NCBI GenBank assembly: GCA_023954745.1
Contig: JAGSHC010000001.1
Span: forward strand, 14,356-78,355
Direction: 5' to 3'
Origin: Deltaproteobacteria bacterium
GTDB lineage: Bacteria; Myxococcota_A; UBA796; UBA9615
DNA: 64,000 bases
The translations under genes were made by a program, and so were the position numbers. The notes under the pieces are model-generated. The model saw only the letters and a list, made by a program, of their open reading frames with translations, searched no databases and was not told where the DNA came from. Every line of letters begins with the position of its first letter. The first letter of the stretch is position 1. Shown here piece by piece: positions 24,251 through 33,815 of this stretch.

Positions 24251-25078
24251 ATGCGCCTCGCCCTCTTCCTTGTGGGCGCGGGCCTGGTCCTCGGTGCGTG
24301 CAAGGAAGACCCAGGCACCGTCGCGGTGCGCGAGGCCGACCGTCTGTATCGAGAGCAGAGCTGGGAGGCGGCTGCCGTCGCCTATGCGGCGTTGCCAGAA
24401 ACCAGCGGCGACTGGAAGGGCTACGGCGCCTGGCGCGCTGGCGTCATCTACCGGGACCCCCTGGGGGACCCGCGCCGCGCGACCTTGCAGTTCACGCTGT
24501 GCGCTCGCGAGTACGCCGAGACGTCCACCTGGGGGTACACGTGCCTCGTGGAACTTGGCGACCTGGCTCGGGACGAGGGAAACCCGCGCGGTGCCATCGA
24601 CTCCTATCGGAAGTCGCTCGAGCTGAGGCCCTCGGGCCAGTGGTCGGAGCACTGCCTGTTCGAGTCGGGGCGCGCCTACCAGGAGATCGGTGAGTACGAG
24701 CAGAGCCGCAAGGAGTGGACTGAGCTGCTCTCACGATTCGAGCGCAGCACGCGAGCCGCCGTAGTGATGCTGGCTATCGCCCGGAGCTTCGATCTTCAGG
24801 GGCAGGGCAAAGAGGCCCGGCGAGCTTTTCGCGCTGTGCACCGCACCTATCCCAAGCACTCCGTCGCGCCCCTGGCCATCTTCGGGGAGGCCGAGGTGCT
24901 GGAGCAGATGGGTGAGTTCGAGACCGCCCTCAAACTGTACGAGAAGGTGCAGACGTCCCACCCCAACCCCCAGGTCGTCACCCAGAAGATGGACGCCCTC
25001 CGCGAGCGCCGGCAGCGCCGCGACGTGGACACCGGCGCCGGTGAGGTGCGGGACAGCGGGCGGAAGTACCGGCGGTAG
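24251..25078 (+). CDS. TPR-repeat lipoprotein (BamD/CpoB-like)
   Basis: LVLGA-C lipobox; repeated TPR-like helices (GAIDSYRKSLELRP, AFRAVHRTYPKHSVAP). Confidence 0.8.
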   Translation: MRLALFLVGAGLVLGACKEDPGTVAVREADRLYREQSWEAAAVAYAALPETSGDWKGYGAWRAGVIYRDPLGDPRRATLQFTLCAREYAETSTWGYTCLVELGDLARDEGNPRGAIDSYRKSLELRPSGQWSEHCLFESGRAYQEIGEYEQSRKEWTELLSRFERSTRAAVVMLAIARSFDLQGQGKEARRAFRAVHRTYPKHSVAPLAIFGEAEVLEQMGEFETALKLYEKVQTSHPNPQVVTQKMDALRERRQRRDVDTGAGEVRDSGRKYRR

Positions 25079-25080
25079 GG

Positions 25081-26496
25081 CTACCGCGCGCCGTGGACGG
25101 CGAGTACGTGGCAGATGCAGGACGTGAGCTTCTTCGCGTAGGGCACGTGCAGGAACTCGTTGGGTCCGTGGGCGTTGCTGTTGGGGCCGAGGACTCCGGT
25201 CACCACGAACTGGGCGTCGGGGAACTTGTCGTTGAGCATCGCCATGAACGGGATGGTGCCGCCCTCGCCCATGTGCAGGCACGGCTTGCCGTAGAAGGTC
25301 TCGCTCGCAGCGTCCAGGGTCTCCTCCAGCCAGCCCGCCAGTGGCGGCGCGTTCCAGCCCGTGGCGGCGTCCCCGAAGTCTGCGCGCACGTCCGCGTCGT
25401 AGGGCACGTCCGTCGTGAAGAGCTCGGTGAGCACCCCCGCTGCGTCGCCGGCGCTCACGGTGGGAGGCAGGCGAAGCGAGAGCTTCAGCCTCGTGTGGGG
25501 CCGCAGGACGCTGCCCGCAGAGCTCGTCGGAGGCACGCCGTCGATGCCCGTGATGGAGAGCGCGGGGCGCCAGGTTCGGTTCAGGACGCACTCCGCCGGG
25601 GTGGTGTCGGTGGGCTGCATGCCCCCGGCCCAGGGAAACCGCTTGTAGACGTCCTCACCCAGCGAGCTGCTGGACCGCTCGGCCTGGCGGCGCCGGTCCT
25701 CGGGAATGTCGGCCCAGAGCGACTCGGGCAGCACGCGCCCCGTCTCAGGGTCCTCGAGGCGGGACAGCAACTGACGCGCCACCCGGAAGCTGCTCGGCAC
25801 GACTCCGCTGGCGTCGCCGCTGTGCACACCTTCGCGCAGCACGTGCACGTCCAGGGTTCCGCCGATGAGCCCGCGCAGCGACGTGGTGCTCCACATCTGC
25901 TCGTAGTTGCCCGCGCCGCTGTCGAGGCAGACGACGAGGTCAGGAGTGCCGATCAAGTCCTTGTAGTGGTCCACGTACGCGGGGAGGTCGGGGGAGCCGG
26001 ACTCTTCACTGAACTCAATCATGAGCACCACGCGCGACCGGGCCACGCCCTGCTCACCGAGGGCGAGGAGCGAGCACACCGACGCGAAGAGCGCGTAGCC
26101 ATCGTCGGCACCGCCGCGGCCGTACAGCTTCCCGTCCTCGTACTTCGGGATCCAGGGCCCCAGGTCCTCGCGCCACCCGGTCATCTCGGGCTGCTTGTCG
26201 AGGTGGCCGTACATGAGGATGGTGCCTTCCGCCCCGCCGGTGGCGGGGACATCGACGAGGATCATCGGCGTGCGCCCAGGCAGGCGACCCACCTTGACCT
26301 CCATGCCGGGCACCGGGTGCTCCTCGAGCCACGCCAGCGCCAGCTGCAGCGCCTGCTCCATGAAGCCGTTCGCCTCCCAGTCCGCGTCAAAGGCCGGGGA
26401 CTTGTTGGGGATGGTGATGTACTCGGTGATCGTGGGCACGATGTGCTCGTCCCAGAAGGCGTTCACGAAGTCGGCGGTGGTCTTTGAGTCGATCAA
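25081..26496 (-). CDS. M20/M25/M40 family metallo-dipeptidase
   Basis: YGHLDKQP, LYGRGGADDG, SEESGS, CLDSG, GVHSG, NAHGPNE. TTG 26496 follows GAGAGG. Confidence 0.93.
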   Translation of the reverse strand: MIDSKTTADFVNAFWDEHIVPTITEYITIPNKSPAFDADWEANGFMEQALQLALAWLEEHPVPGMEVKVGRLPGRTPMILVDVPATGGAEGTILMYGHLDKQPEMTGWREDLGPWIPKYEDGKLYGRGGADDGYALFASVCSLLALGEQGVARSRVVLMIEFSEESGSPDLPAYVDHYKDLIGTPDLVVCLDSGAGNYEQMWSTTSLRGLIGGTLDVHVLREGVHSGDASGVVPSSFRVARQLLSRLEDPETGRVLPESLWADIPEDRRRQAERSSSSLGEDVYKRFPWAGGMQPTDTTPAECVLNRTWRPALSITGIDGVPPTSSAGSVLRPHTRLKLSLRLPPTVSAGDAAGVLTELFTTDVPYDADVRADFGDAATGWNAPPLAGWLEETLDAASETFYGKPCLHMGEGGTIPFMAMLNDKFPDAQFVVTGVLGPNSNAHGPNEFLHVPYAKKLTSCICHVLAVHGAR

Positions 26497-26619
26497 GGCT
26501 GCCTCTCGGTGGGGGGCGGGTTTGCCGCGGAGGGCGCAGAGCATAACTGCGCTGCTGAACCCGGGCAGCCGCTCAACCGGGCCTTGGTAGTCTCATCTCG
26601 ACGAGGGAGGGAATCGGAC

Positions 26620-27186
26620 CTGCAGACAGCGCAACCAGACGCAGTTGGGACGGCGACACCGGCGGCCACCGTGGCTCGACACCGGGCGCCTCGCCTCGCC
26701 GACCTGCTCGCTGCTCTGGAGCACGACGAGCACGCGGTCACCGGCGCGATCTGCGAGGCCTATGGCGCCGGTGACGTCCGACGCGCGCGTCGCGGCCTTC
26801 TCGCCCACCACCGCAAGGAGCCGTTCCCGCCTCGCAAGGAACGCATTGGACTCGCGCTGCGGGACCTTCGGCTGTGGGTCGAGCCGGCCGAGGACCCAGC
26901 AGCCACAAGCATGAGCGGCATCGGAAGCGGCTGGTTCGGGCGTCATCAGCCTCGCCCCGACGGCTCCTCCATCGCCACCCTCTGGGCCACCGTGCTCGGG
27001 CTCCCCTTCTATCCCCTCGGCGCCTACCTCGTGAGCCGCGCCGGCCGCTCCGTCACCGTGCATGGACGCGTTCCCCTGCCGTCCAGGGCGCGTCTGGCGC
27101 GCAGCGCGGCCTGGGTCATCGGGTCGGTTGCCCTGCTGTCCCTGGTGCCCGGCGTGCTCCGCCAGTTGGGCGTCGTCGCCCGGTGA
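26620..27186 (+). CDS. Hypothetical membrane protein (start uncertain; CTG 26620 after GGAGG or a later GTG)
   Basis: Two hydrophobic segments (IATLWATVLGLPFYPLGAYLV, AWVIGSVALLSLVPGVL). GTGA overlap with the next gene. Confidence 0.6.
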   Translation: MQTAQPDAVGTATPAATVARHRAPRLADLLAALEHDEHAVTGAICEAYGAGDVRRARRGLLAHHRKEPFPPRKERIGLALRDLRLWVEPAEDPAATSMSGIGSGWFGRHQPRPDGSSIATLWATVLGLPFYPLGAYLVSRAGRSVTVHGRVPLPSRARLARSAAWVIGSVALLSLVPGVLRQLGVVAR

Positions 27187-28235
27187 GACCCTCGTCGCCC
27201 GAGGTCCTTCGCTTCGCGGTCTGCACCTTCGACCGTGTCTTCGACACCGACCCGAAGCAGGAGACTCTCACCCTTCCCCAGCTGGTCACGGCGCTTCTGC
27301 GCTTCGAGTTGAAGCCCGAGCTGCTGGTGCGCGTCGACCGCACCCTGGGGCAGATCGAGCGGGCTTGGGAGGCCTGGGAGGCTGGCTCGTATCGCTCGGG
27401 AAAGCAGTACGGCGTTCTGCGCAAGGCGGCGGATACGGCGAAGCGGGACGGGAAGGACGCCAACGAGGCCGCCCGGGTCGCCTACGAGCACCTCAAGACC
27501 GACGCCCGTGGCGCGCCGAAGCGGGACCTTCGTCTGTGGGCGCCCACGCTGTATCGCCCGGGGGGGCGTCGCACCCGTGACGACGTCGTGCATCTCTCCT
27601 GCCTGGTGCTCGACTACGACAAGGGTCTGGCCTTCGACGAAGCCCAGGCTCCGTGGCTGGACTGGTTTCACATCGCGCACAGCACGTGGTCGCACACGCC
27701 CGAGAAGCCGAAGTTCAGGATCATCCTGCCGCTGGCGGGCCCCGTCGCTGCGAGCGAGTGGCGCACGGTGTGGGACTGGGCCTTCGGGATCACGGGAGAC
27801 TGGATCGACCACGCCATGAAGGGCATCGCGGTGACCTTTGCGTTGCCCAGCTCACCGAGTCACGACGCAGTGAAGATCGCCGTGCTCAACGATCAGGCTC
27901 CCCTTCTCGATCCGGTCGCCGAGGGCATCGTGCGGCGCTTCGCGGACATGCCGCCCATCGTCTCGGAGATCGATCGCCCGGCATCGCACTTCAACGGAGG
28001 AGTGCAAGGACACACCTACCAGGAATTGGCGCCCATCCAGCCCATCGAGGAGCCGCCGGACACCTTGGATGTGAGCGGCGAGTGGGAGGTGGCGAGAGAG
28101 CCCGACCCTCTCACTGCGGCCCGCGAAGCCGTCCGCCCGGAGCCTCCTGCGCCTGCGCCTTCGGAGCCGCGGGAGGAGGAGCCCGCCTGGGACGAACGCA
28201 GCGATGAGTGGGAGACCCTCTTCGACGACCTGTAG
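27183..28235 (+). CDS. Archaeo-eukaryotic primase (AEP/PrimPol)-like protein, no helicase domain
   Basis: RTRDDVVHLSCLVLDYD (hhhDxD), HSTWSH, PKFRIILPLAGPV: the pattern of phage/plasmid VirE_N/BT4734-like primases. Pro/acidic C-terminal tail. Confidence 0.72.
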   Translation: MRPSSPEVLRFAVCTFDRVFDTDPKQETLTLPQLVTALLRFELKPELLVRVDRTLGQIERAWEAWEAGSYRSGKQYGVLRKAADTAKRDGKDANEAARVAYEHLKTDARGAPKRDLRLWAPTLYRPGGRRTRDDVVHLSCLVLDYDKGLAFDEAQAPWLDWFHIAHSTWSHTPEKPKFRIILPLAGPVAASEWRTVWDWAFGITGDWIDHAMKGIAVTFALPSSPSHDAVKIAVLNDQAPLLDPVAEGIVRRFADMPPIVSEIDRPASHFNGGVQGHTYQELAPIQPIEEPPDTLDVSGEWEVAREPDPLTAAREAVRPEPPAPAPSEPREEEPAWDERSDEWETLFDDL

Positions 28236-28273
28236 AGCCTGGGGCGCGGGCCCGAGGCCCAGCCAGTCGTTGC

Positions 28274-28999
28274 CTACTCCTGCTTGCGCTCGGCCCAGAG
28301 CGCCAGCATCTCAATCACGGTCTTGGCGATGACCGAGGGCCGCCCCCCCTTGGCGGAGCCGCCCTGCCGCGGTCGGTAGACCGAGGGCACCTCGACGACG
28401 CGGCCCCCGCTGGCGCGGCATCGCACCAGGATCTCCTCCAGGAAGAACACCCCTCGGGACTTGGGCTCGATCCACTCGAAGATCTCCGTGCGCCACAGGT
28501 GCACCCAGTTGACGTCCTGGAACTGGTGGTCGAAGAGCGAGTTGCACAGCTGGAGGAACACGAACGAGCTGGCCCGGCGATAGAGCGTGTAGTCGTCCCG
28601 GGACAGCCGATGCCCGATGACGATGTCGGCGCCTTCTTCGGCGGCCGCGACGTACATGGGGATCTCGCCGTGGTCGAACTGTCCGTCGGCGGGGACGTAG
28701 ATGACGTACTTGCCGCGCCCGGCCTGAATCCCTGTCCAGATGGCCTGCCCGGACCCCTGATTCGTCCGGTGCTTGAGCAGGCCGACGCGGTGTTCCTTGT
28801 CGGCGTAGCGCGTGGTGATGGCCGCGGACGCGTCCCGGGAGCCGTCATCGACGACCAGCACCTCCCAAGTGAACGGAGCCTCCTTCAACACGCCACAGAG
28901 CTCGTCGAGCGTGGGCTCGAGAGTCTCCTCCTCGTTGAAACAGGGGACGACCACCGTGACCAGCGGTGCGTCCTCCTCACTGGCTGCGGGGTGGGTCAT
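28274..28999 (-). CDS. Glycosyltransferase family 2 (DPM-synthase-like)
   Basis: VVVPCFNEE, VVDDGSRD, NQGSG, ADGQFD. ATGA overlap with the carbamoyltransferase. Confidence 0.92.
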   Translation of the reverse strand: MTHPAASEEDAPLVTVVVPCFNEEETLEPTLDELCGVLKEAPFTWEVLVVDDGSRDASAAITTRYADKEHRVGLLKHRTNQGSGQAIWTGIQAGRGKYVIYVPADGQFDHGEIPMYVAAAEEGADIVIGHRLSRDDYTLYRRASSFVFLQLCNSLFDHQFQDVNWVHLWRTEIFEWIEPKSRGVFFLEEILVRCRASGGRVVEVPSVYRPRQGGSAKGGRPSVIAKTVIEMLALWAERKQE

Positions 29000-30744
29000 T
29001 TGAGGGGCTTCCTCAGCACGCAAGGCCCAAGCACCAGACGGTCGAGACCCGTGCTCGCCCAGCAACGAATTGCGTCGTCGGGGGTGCCCACGATGGGCTC
29101 ACCGCGCACGTTGAACGACGTGTTCAGCACCACGGGAACGCCGGTGATGCGCCCAAACTCCGTGATGAGTTGGTGGTACAGCGCATCGCTCTCGGTGCTG
29201 ACGGTCTGAAGTCGCGCGGAGCCGTCGACGTGGGTGACGGCCGCGAGTCTCTCTCTCGCGTCGGCCTTCACCGGATGCACCTTCTGCATGGACGGCACGC
29301 AGTGGTCGCTCGTGCGCCGCTGTGGCAGGTCGAAGAACTCGCCGGCAGCCTCGACGGCCACCGATGGGGCGAAGGGACGGAAGGGCTCGCGAAACTTCAC
29401 TCGTGCGTTGAGCACGTCCTTGTTCTCGGCGCTGCGGGGGTCCGCGAGGATCGAACGCGAGCCCAAGGCGCGCATGCCGAACTCGGCGCGACCCTGGAAC
29501 CACCCCACCAGCTCTCCGTCGGCGAGGGCAGCGGCGGTGTCGGCGGCGATGTCGTCGGGCTCGTCCCAACTCCAACCACCGCGGCGCAGCGCATCTCGGC
29601 ACTCCTCTGCGCTGAACGAGGGTCCAAAGCGATCGTTGGGCCACTCGTGGCGGGCGCCTTCACCCTCGAGCATGTGCCACACGTGCAGCGCGGCTCCAGC
29701 GGCGGTGCCTCCATCGCCGGCCGAGGGCTGAACCCAGAGGTCTGCGAACGGCCCCTCACGCTCCAGCCGGCCGTTGGCTGCGGAGTTCATGGCGACCCCT
29801 CCGGCCATCACGAGGGAATCGAGACCCGTCCTTGCGTGCAGGCGTCGGGCGAGCCCGAGGAGCGCCTCCTCGGTGACCGACTGCATGGCGAAGGCCACGG
29901 CCTTGTGGGCCTCGTTGTGGGGGATGTCGCGCTGAGCGGGGGGACCGAACTCCTCGAGGAAGCGCGCCCCCACGCGGTCTGCGGTGTCCAGGGTGTAGGC
30001 GAACCAGCTCTGATCGATGGAGTACGGCAGCCCGTCACCGCTGCTGTCGATGCCGAGAATCTCCCGGAAGCGCTGCACGAAGCGCTCATCGCCGTAGGGC
30101 GCGAGTCCCATGACCTTGCCTTCGCCGTTGTTGGCTCGAAAGCCGAGCCAGGTCGTCACCGCTGCGTAGACGGAGCCCAGCGACTGCGGGAAGACGAGCT
30201 CCTCGACCGACTCGTAGGAGTAGGCGTCCCCATCCCGGCGAAAGGCGCCCAGGGTGGTGGCGGCGCGCTCCCCGTATCCATCGACCGTCAGGACCGCGGC
30301 TTCCTCGAAGGGAGAGGGGAAGAACGCGGCGGCGGCGTGGGTGCGGTGGTGGGTCACGTAGTGGATGACGAGCGGCTCGCGGCCCTCGAGGTGGATGGTC
30401 TGGGTCGTGTGCCCGGACCGGATGCCGCCCAAGGGACCTCGCAGGGCGCCCAACAACCACGCCGGGGCCATGTGCAGATAGTCGCCGTGGTGGCGGTACG
30501 TGCGGGCTCTCCCTCCCTGGGGGAAGTCGAGCTGGATGGCGGGGTTCCAGAAGAACGCGATGGAGTCGACGTCCATCAGGGACGTGCCAGCCTCTCGCAA
30601 GCAGTAGTCGATGGCGGCTGAGGGCCAGGCGCGGTCGTGCTTGATGCGGGAGAAGCGCTCCTCGAGGGCCGCAGCGACGGTGCGCCCGTCGCGGATCAGC
30701 GCCGCGGAGGTGTCGATGCCAAAACTGATCCCGAGAATGTCCAC
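28996..30744 (-). CDS. Carbamoyltransferase (NodU/CmcH family)
   Basis: EERFSRIKH, HHRTHAAAAFFPS, DGYGE, EGKVMGLAPYG, GGVAMN, RALGSRSILADPR, KFREPFRPFAPS, LNTSFNVRGEPIV. Confidence 0.96.
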   Translation of the reverse strand: MDILGISFGIDTSAALIRDGRTVAAALEERFSRIKHDRAWPSAAIDYCLREAGTSLMDVDSIAFFWNPAIQLDFPQGGRARTYRHHGDYLHMAPAWLLGALRGPLGGIRSGHTTQTIHLEGREPLVIHYVTHHRTHAAAAFFPSPFEEAAVLTVDGYGERAATTLGAFRRDGDAYSYESVEELVFPQSLGSVYAAVTTWLGFRANNGEGKVMGLAPYGDERFVQRFREILGIDSSGDGLPYSIDQSWFAYTLDTADRVGARFLEEFGPPAQRDIPHNEAHKAVAFAMQSVTEEALLGLARRLHARTGLDSLVMAGGVAMNSAANGRLEREGPFADLWVQPSAGDGGTAAGAALHVWHMLEGEGARHEWPNDRFGPSFSAEECRDALRRGGWSWDEPDDIAADTAAALADGELVGWFQGRAEFGMRALGSRSILADPRSAENKDVLNARVKFREPFRPFAPSVAVEAAGEFFDLPQRRTSDHCVPSMQKVHPVKADARERLAAVTHVDGSARLQTVSTESDALYHQLITEFGRITGVPVVLNTSFNVRGEPIVGTPDDAIRCWASTGLDRLVLGPCVLRKPLK

Positions 30745-30753
30745 GAAGAGAGG

Positions 30754-31040
30754 CTACCCGTCGAACGTGTCGCAGGCGGCGACGGAGCCCGTCTTGAGGC
30801 CGGTGGTGAACCACTGCGCCCGCTGTTTCGCGCTGCCGTGGGTGAAGCTCTCGGGGGTCACGCGCCGCCCTGCGTTGCGCTGCAAGGTGTCGTCGCCGAT
30901 GGCGGTGGCGGCTCGCAGAACACGATGAGTTCGAGCACGACGCCCACGCCACCGATCCCGCCGACGGCCTTGCGCCCGCCACCGCTGCGGCCTCGCCGAT
31001 CCTCGACGTGGGTACTGCGTCGTCCCTTTTCCCAGCGCAT
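30754..31040 (-). pseudogene. Internally deleted, frameshifted relic of a YpfJ-type neutral zinc metallopeptidase
   Basis: N-terminus MRWEKGRRSTHVEDRRG..GG in one frame, C-terminus AATAIGDDTLQRNAGRRVTPESFTHGSAKQRAQWFTTGLKTGSVAACDTF in another. HExxH core absent; only 287 bp. Confidence 0.85.
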
Positions 31041-31186
31041 CGCGCCCTCCTGTGGTCTGCCCCGAGACGAAAGAATGGCCGATCCGGCGCCCCGTCGTTG
31101 TCGTGACGATCGCTCGGATCCTTCGATCACCCTGGCGCGGGGAGCCCGTCTCGACAAACATGCGCCCGCACTCGTGGAGGCAAGCG

Positions 31187-32827
31187 ATGACCTGGACGCG
31201 ACGACAGATGCTCGAGATGGGCGCCAAGGCTGGACTGCTCGGCGTGGCGCCCGTGGCCGTGGGTTGCCCCACCGAGGCAAACGATGACGACAGCGCGCTC
31301 GACGACGGCTGGCCGGCGCTTGAGCCCTGCGACCCCGAGGTCGTCGACTATGAGTACACCGGTACGCCCGGCCCCGAGGATCTCTTCAGCCACGGCGTGG
31401 CTAGCGGCGACCCTCTCGCAGACTCGTTGATTCTCTGGACGCGCGTCACGCCCGGCTCCGAGGCGGACGTCGAGGTCTATTGGGAGGTCTCGCAGACCTC
31501 GGGCTTCGACACCGTGTACGCGTCGGGCATCACCACCACCAACGCCGACCGCGACTACACGGTCAAGGTCGAGTCCACCTGCCTCGCCCCGGCGACGACC
31601 TACTACTACCGGTTCCAGAGTCTCGGCCGCACGTCGGTCATCGGGCGCACCCGCACCGCGTCGTACGGTCCCACGGCCAGCAAGCGCTTTGCCTTCTGCT
31701 CCTGCTCGTCGATGCCTCATGGCTACTTCCACGCCTACCGCGCCATCGGTGAGCGGGCCGACCTCGAGGCCGTGCTGCACCTGGGCGACTACATCTACGA
31801 GTACGGGAACAACGAGTACGGAGACGTGCGCGACGTGGACCCGCCCTACGAGATCGTGACGTTGTCGGACTATCGCCGTCGCCACGCCTTCTACAAGCTG
31901 GATGAGGACCTGCAGGAGGCCCACCGGCAGCACCCGTGGATCTGCACCTGGGACGACCACGAGACGGCAAACAACAGCTTCTCGGGCGGAGCCCAGAACC
32001 ACAACACGGGTGAGGGCGACTGGGACGACCGCAAGGAGGCGGGCCGGCAGGCCTACTTCGAGTGGCTGCCCATTCGCGAAGGGAACGAAGGACGGCTCTA
32101 CCGTCAGTTCCTCACGGACGACCTGCTCGACATCATCGTCCTCGACACGCGCATCGAAGGGCGTGACGAGGAGGGCAGCACCGTGGACCAGGCCTACGCG
32201 GAGGACCGGCAGCTCCTCGGCGAGGAGCAGGAGAACTGGCTCTTCGAGCGACTCAGCAGCTCACCCTCGCGGTGGAAGCTCCTGGCGCAGCAGGTCGTGA
32301 TGGGGCAGTGGTCCCTGGCCGCCGATGACGAGGGCCGACCTCGACCGCTGAACTACGACGCGTGGGACGGATACCAGGCAGCCCGCCGAAGGCTCCTCGA
32401 GCGGGTGGTGGGTGATGGCGTCGATGGACTGGTGGTGCTGACCGGCGACGTGCACAGCTCGTGGGCCAACGACATCGCCCTCGACTTCCCTTCCTACATC
32501 GGGGCGAGCCAGGAGGGCTCCGTGGCCGTCGAGGCCGTGTGTCCCGGCATCACGTCGCCCGGCGCCGGAGGCTTGTCGGGGGCGCTTCAAGCGCTGAACC
32601 CCCACATCCGCTGGGGCGACTCGGGGCGCCGCGGTTTCGTGCTCGTGGACGCGACCCAGGACGCACTTCAGTGCGACTGGTACCTCATGGACGACGGTTC
32701 CATCGAGCAGAGCGACTTCGTCGAGCCCACGGTGCGCGCCAGCTACCGGGTCATCCCCGGCGACATGCGTTGGGTCGAAGCGTCGGCGCCCATCTCGGGG
32801 TCATCTGGTCCGCCGCTGGCTCCCTGA
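31187..32827 (+). CDS. phoD: PhoD alkaline phosphatase, Tat-exported lipoprotein
   Basis: MTWTRRQML twin-arginine signal plus VG-C lipobox; FSHGVASGDP, HLGDYIYEY, WDDHETANN, LDTR, DAWDGY, LTGDVHSSW. Confidence 0.95.
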   Translation: MTWTRRQMLEMGAKAGLLGVAPVAVGCPTEANDDDSALDDGWPALEPCDPEVVDYEYTGTPGPEDLFSHGVASGDPLADSLILWTRVTPGSEADVEVYWEVSQTSGFDTVYASGITTTNADRDYTVKVESTCLAPATTYYYRFQSLGRTSVIGRTRTASYGPTASKRFAFCSCSSMPHGYFHAYRAIGERADLEAVLHLGDYIYEYGNNEYGDVRDVDPPYEIVTLSDYRRRHAFYKLDEDLQEAHRQHPWICTWDDHETANNSFSGGAQNHNTGEGDWDDRKEAGRQAYFEWLPIREGNEGRLYRQFLTDDLLDIIVLDTRIEGRDEEGSTVDQAYAEDRQLLGEEQENWLFERLSSSPSRWKLLAQQVVMGQWSLAADDEGRPRPLNYDAWDGYQAARRRLLERVVGDGVDGLVVLTGDVHSSWANDIALDFPSYIGASQEGSVAVEAVCPGITSPGAGGLSGALQALNPHIRWGDSGRRGFVLVDATQDALQCDWYLMDDGSIEQSDFVEPTVRASYRVIPGDMRWVEASAPISGSSGPPLAP

Positions 32828-32831
32828 GTTC

Positions 32832-33773
32832 CTAGGCCCTCTGGCGCTTATAGCGCCGCTTCGCGAGGGCGAAGGAGATGCCCTGGGCGTTCAGGTCGAT
32901 GTCGAGCTCGAGTAGGGCCGTCCCGGGGTGACCGGTCAGGCCGGCGTGCTCGACGTGGTCGCGGAAGACGGCCGCAACGCGCTCCTGGCAGAAGGAGTCG
33001 AGTGCAGGGCCCTGAAGGTCGGCCGCGTCCGCCTCTTCGAGGATGGCGGAGTGCTCGTCGAGCAGTGAGTGCAGCTGCGCTGCGATGGCGTCCAGCTCGC
33101 GCTGCTCGCCGAAGTGGGTGGGGAACGCCCGGCCCATCCCGGTCCCCACGATGCGATCCACCGCTTCGTGGGCGGCGGCGGCATCGAAGTCCGTCGGGCT
33201 GGTGGAGGGGAAGGCGAACACGCCGTGGGACTGGAGGCGCGGGTACTGGATCCCGAAGGCGTCTCCAGTGAACACCGCGTCTGCGTTGGGGGCGACCACC
33301 ACGAAGTGGTGATTGGCGTGGCCCCGCGTGTGCAGGAAGCGCAGGACTCCGCGGCCGAATGGGACCTCGGCTTCGTCCTCGAGGGCCCGGACCCGCGGGG
33401 CAGCGATGGGGGTGACCTCGCCATAGAGCTCCGCAAAGCGCTGGTCCCCGTAGACCGTCGTCGCGCCCGCCACGATGCGGCTGGGGTCGACGGCGTGGGG
33501 GGCAGCCTTGGGGTGGGCCAGCAGCGTCGCGTTGGGGCACGCGGCCATCAGGGCCCCGGCGCCGCCTGCGTGATCGAGGTGGATGTGCGTGATGACCACG
33601 TAGCGAACCTGCTCGCGGGTCAGACCTGCGTCGGCGAGCGCTCCGAGGAGGTGCGGCAGCGACCGGGAGGTGCAGGTTTCGACGAACGCGGCCTCGTCTC
33701 CGTCAACGAGGAGGTAGGCGGCGGCGACCTTGGGGAGGTCGGCGTAGTGGCAGTCGATGGTGTGCACGTCCAT
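32832..33773 (-). CDS. Metallo-beta-lactamase-fold hydrolase
   Basis: THIHLDHAGG, GHANHH, FTGDAFG, PTHFG. Confidence 0.92.
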   Translation of the reverse strand: MDVHTIDCHYADLPKVAAAYLLVDGDEAAFVETCTSRSLPHLLGALADAGLTREQVRYVVITHIHLDHAGGAGALMAACPNATLLAHPKAAPHAVDPSRIVAGATTVYGDQRFAELYGEVTPIAAPRVRALEDEAEVPFGRGVLRFLHTRGHANHHFVVVAPNADAVFTGDAFGIQYPRLQSHGVFAFPSTSPTDFDAAAAHEAVDRIVGTGMGRAFPTHFGEQRELDAIAAQLHSLLDEHSAILEEADAADLQGPALDSFCQERVAAVFRDHVEHAGLTGHPGTALLELDIDLNAQGISFALAKRRYKRQRA

Positions 33774-33815
33774 CGGTTCGATGTAGCACGCTCCTGGCCG
33801 TCCTCGTCGTGGGTC

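Noticed and set aside
26509..28235. Prophage or integrative element around the primase-like gene
   Set aside because: No integrase, structural genes, att repeats or visible compositional shift.
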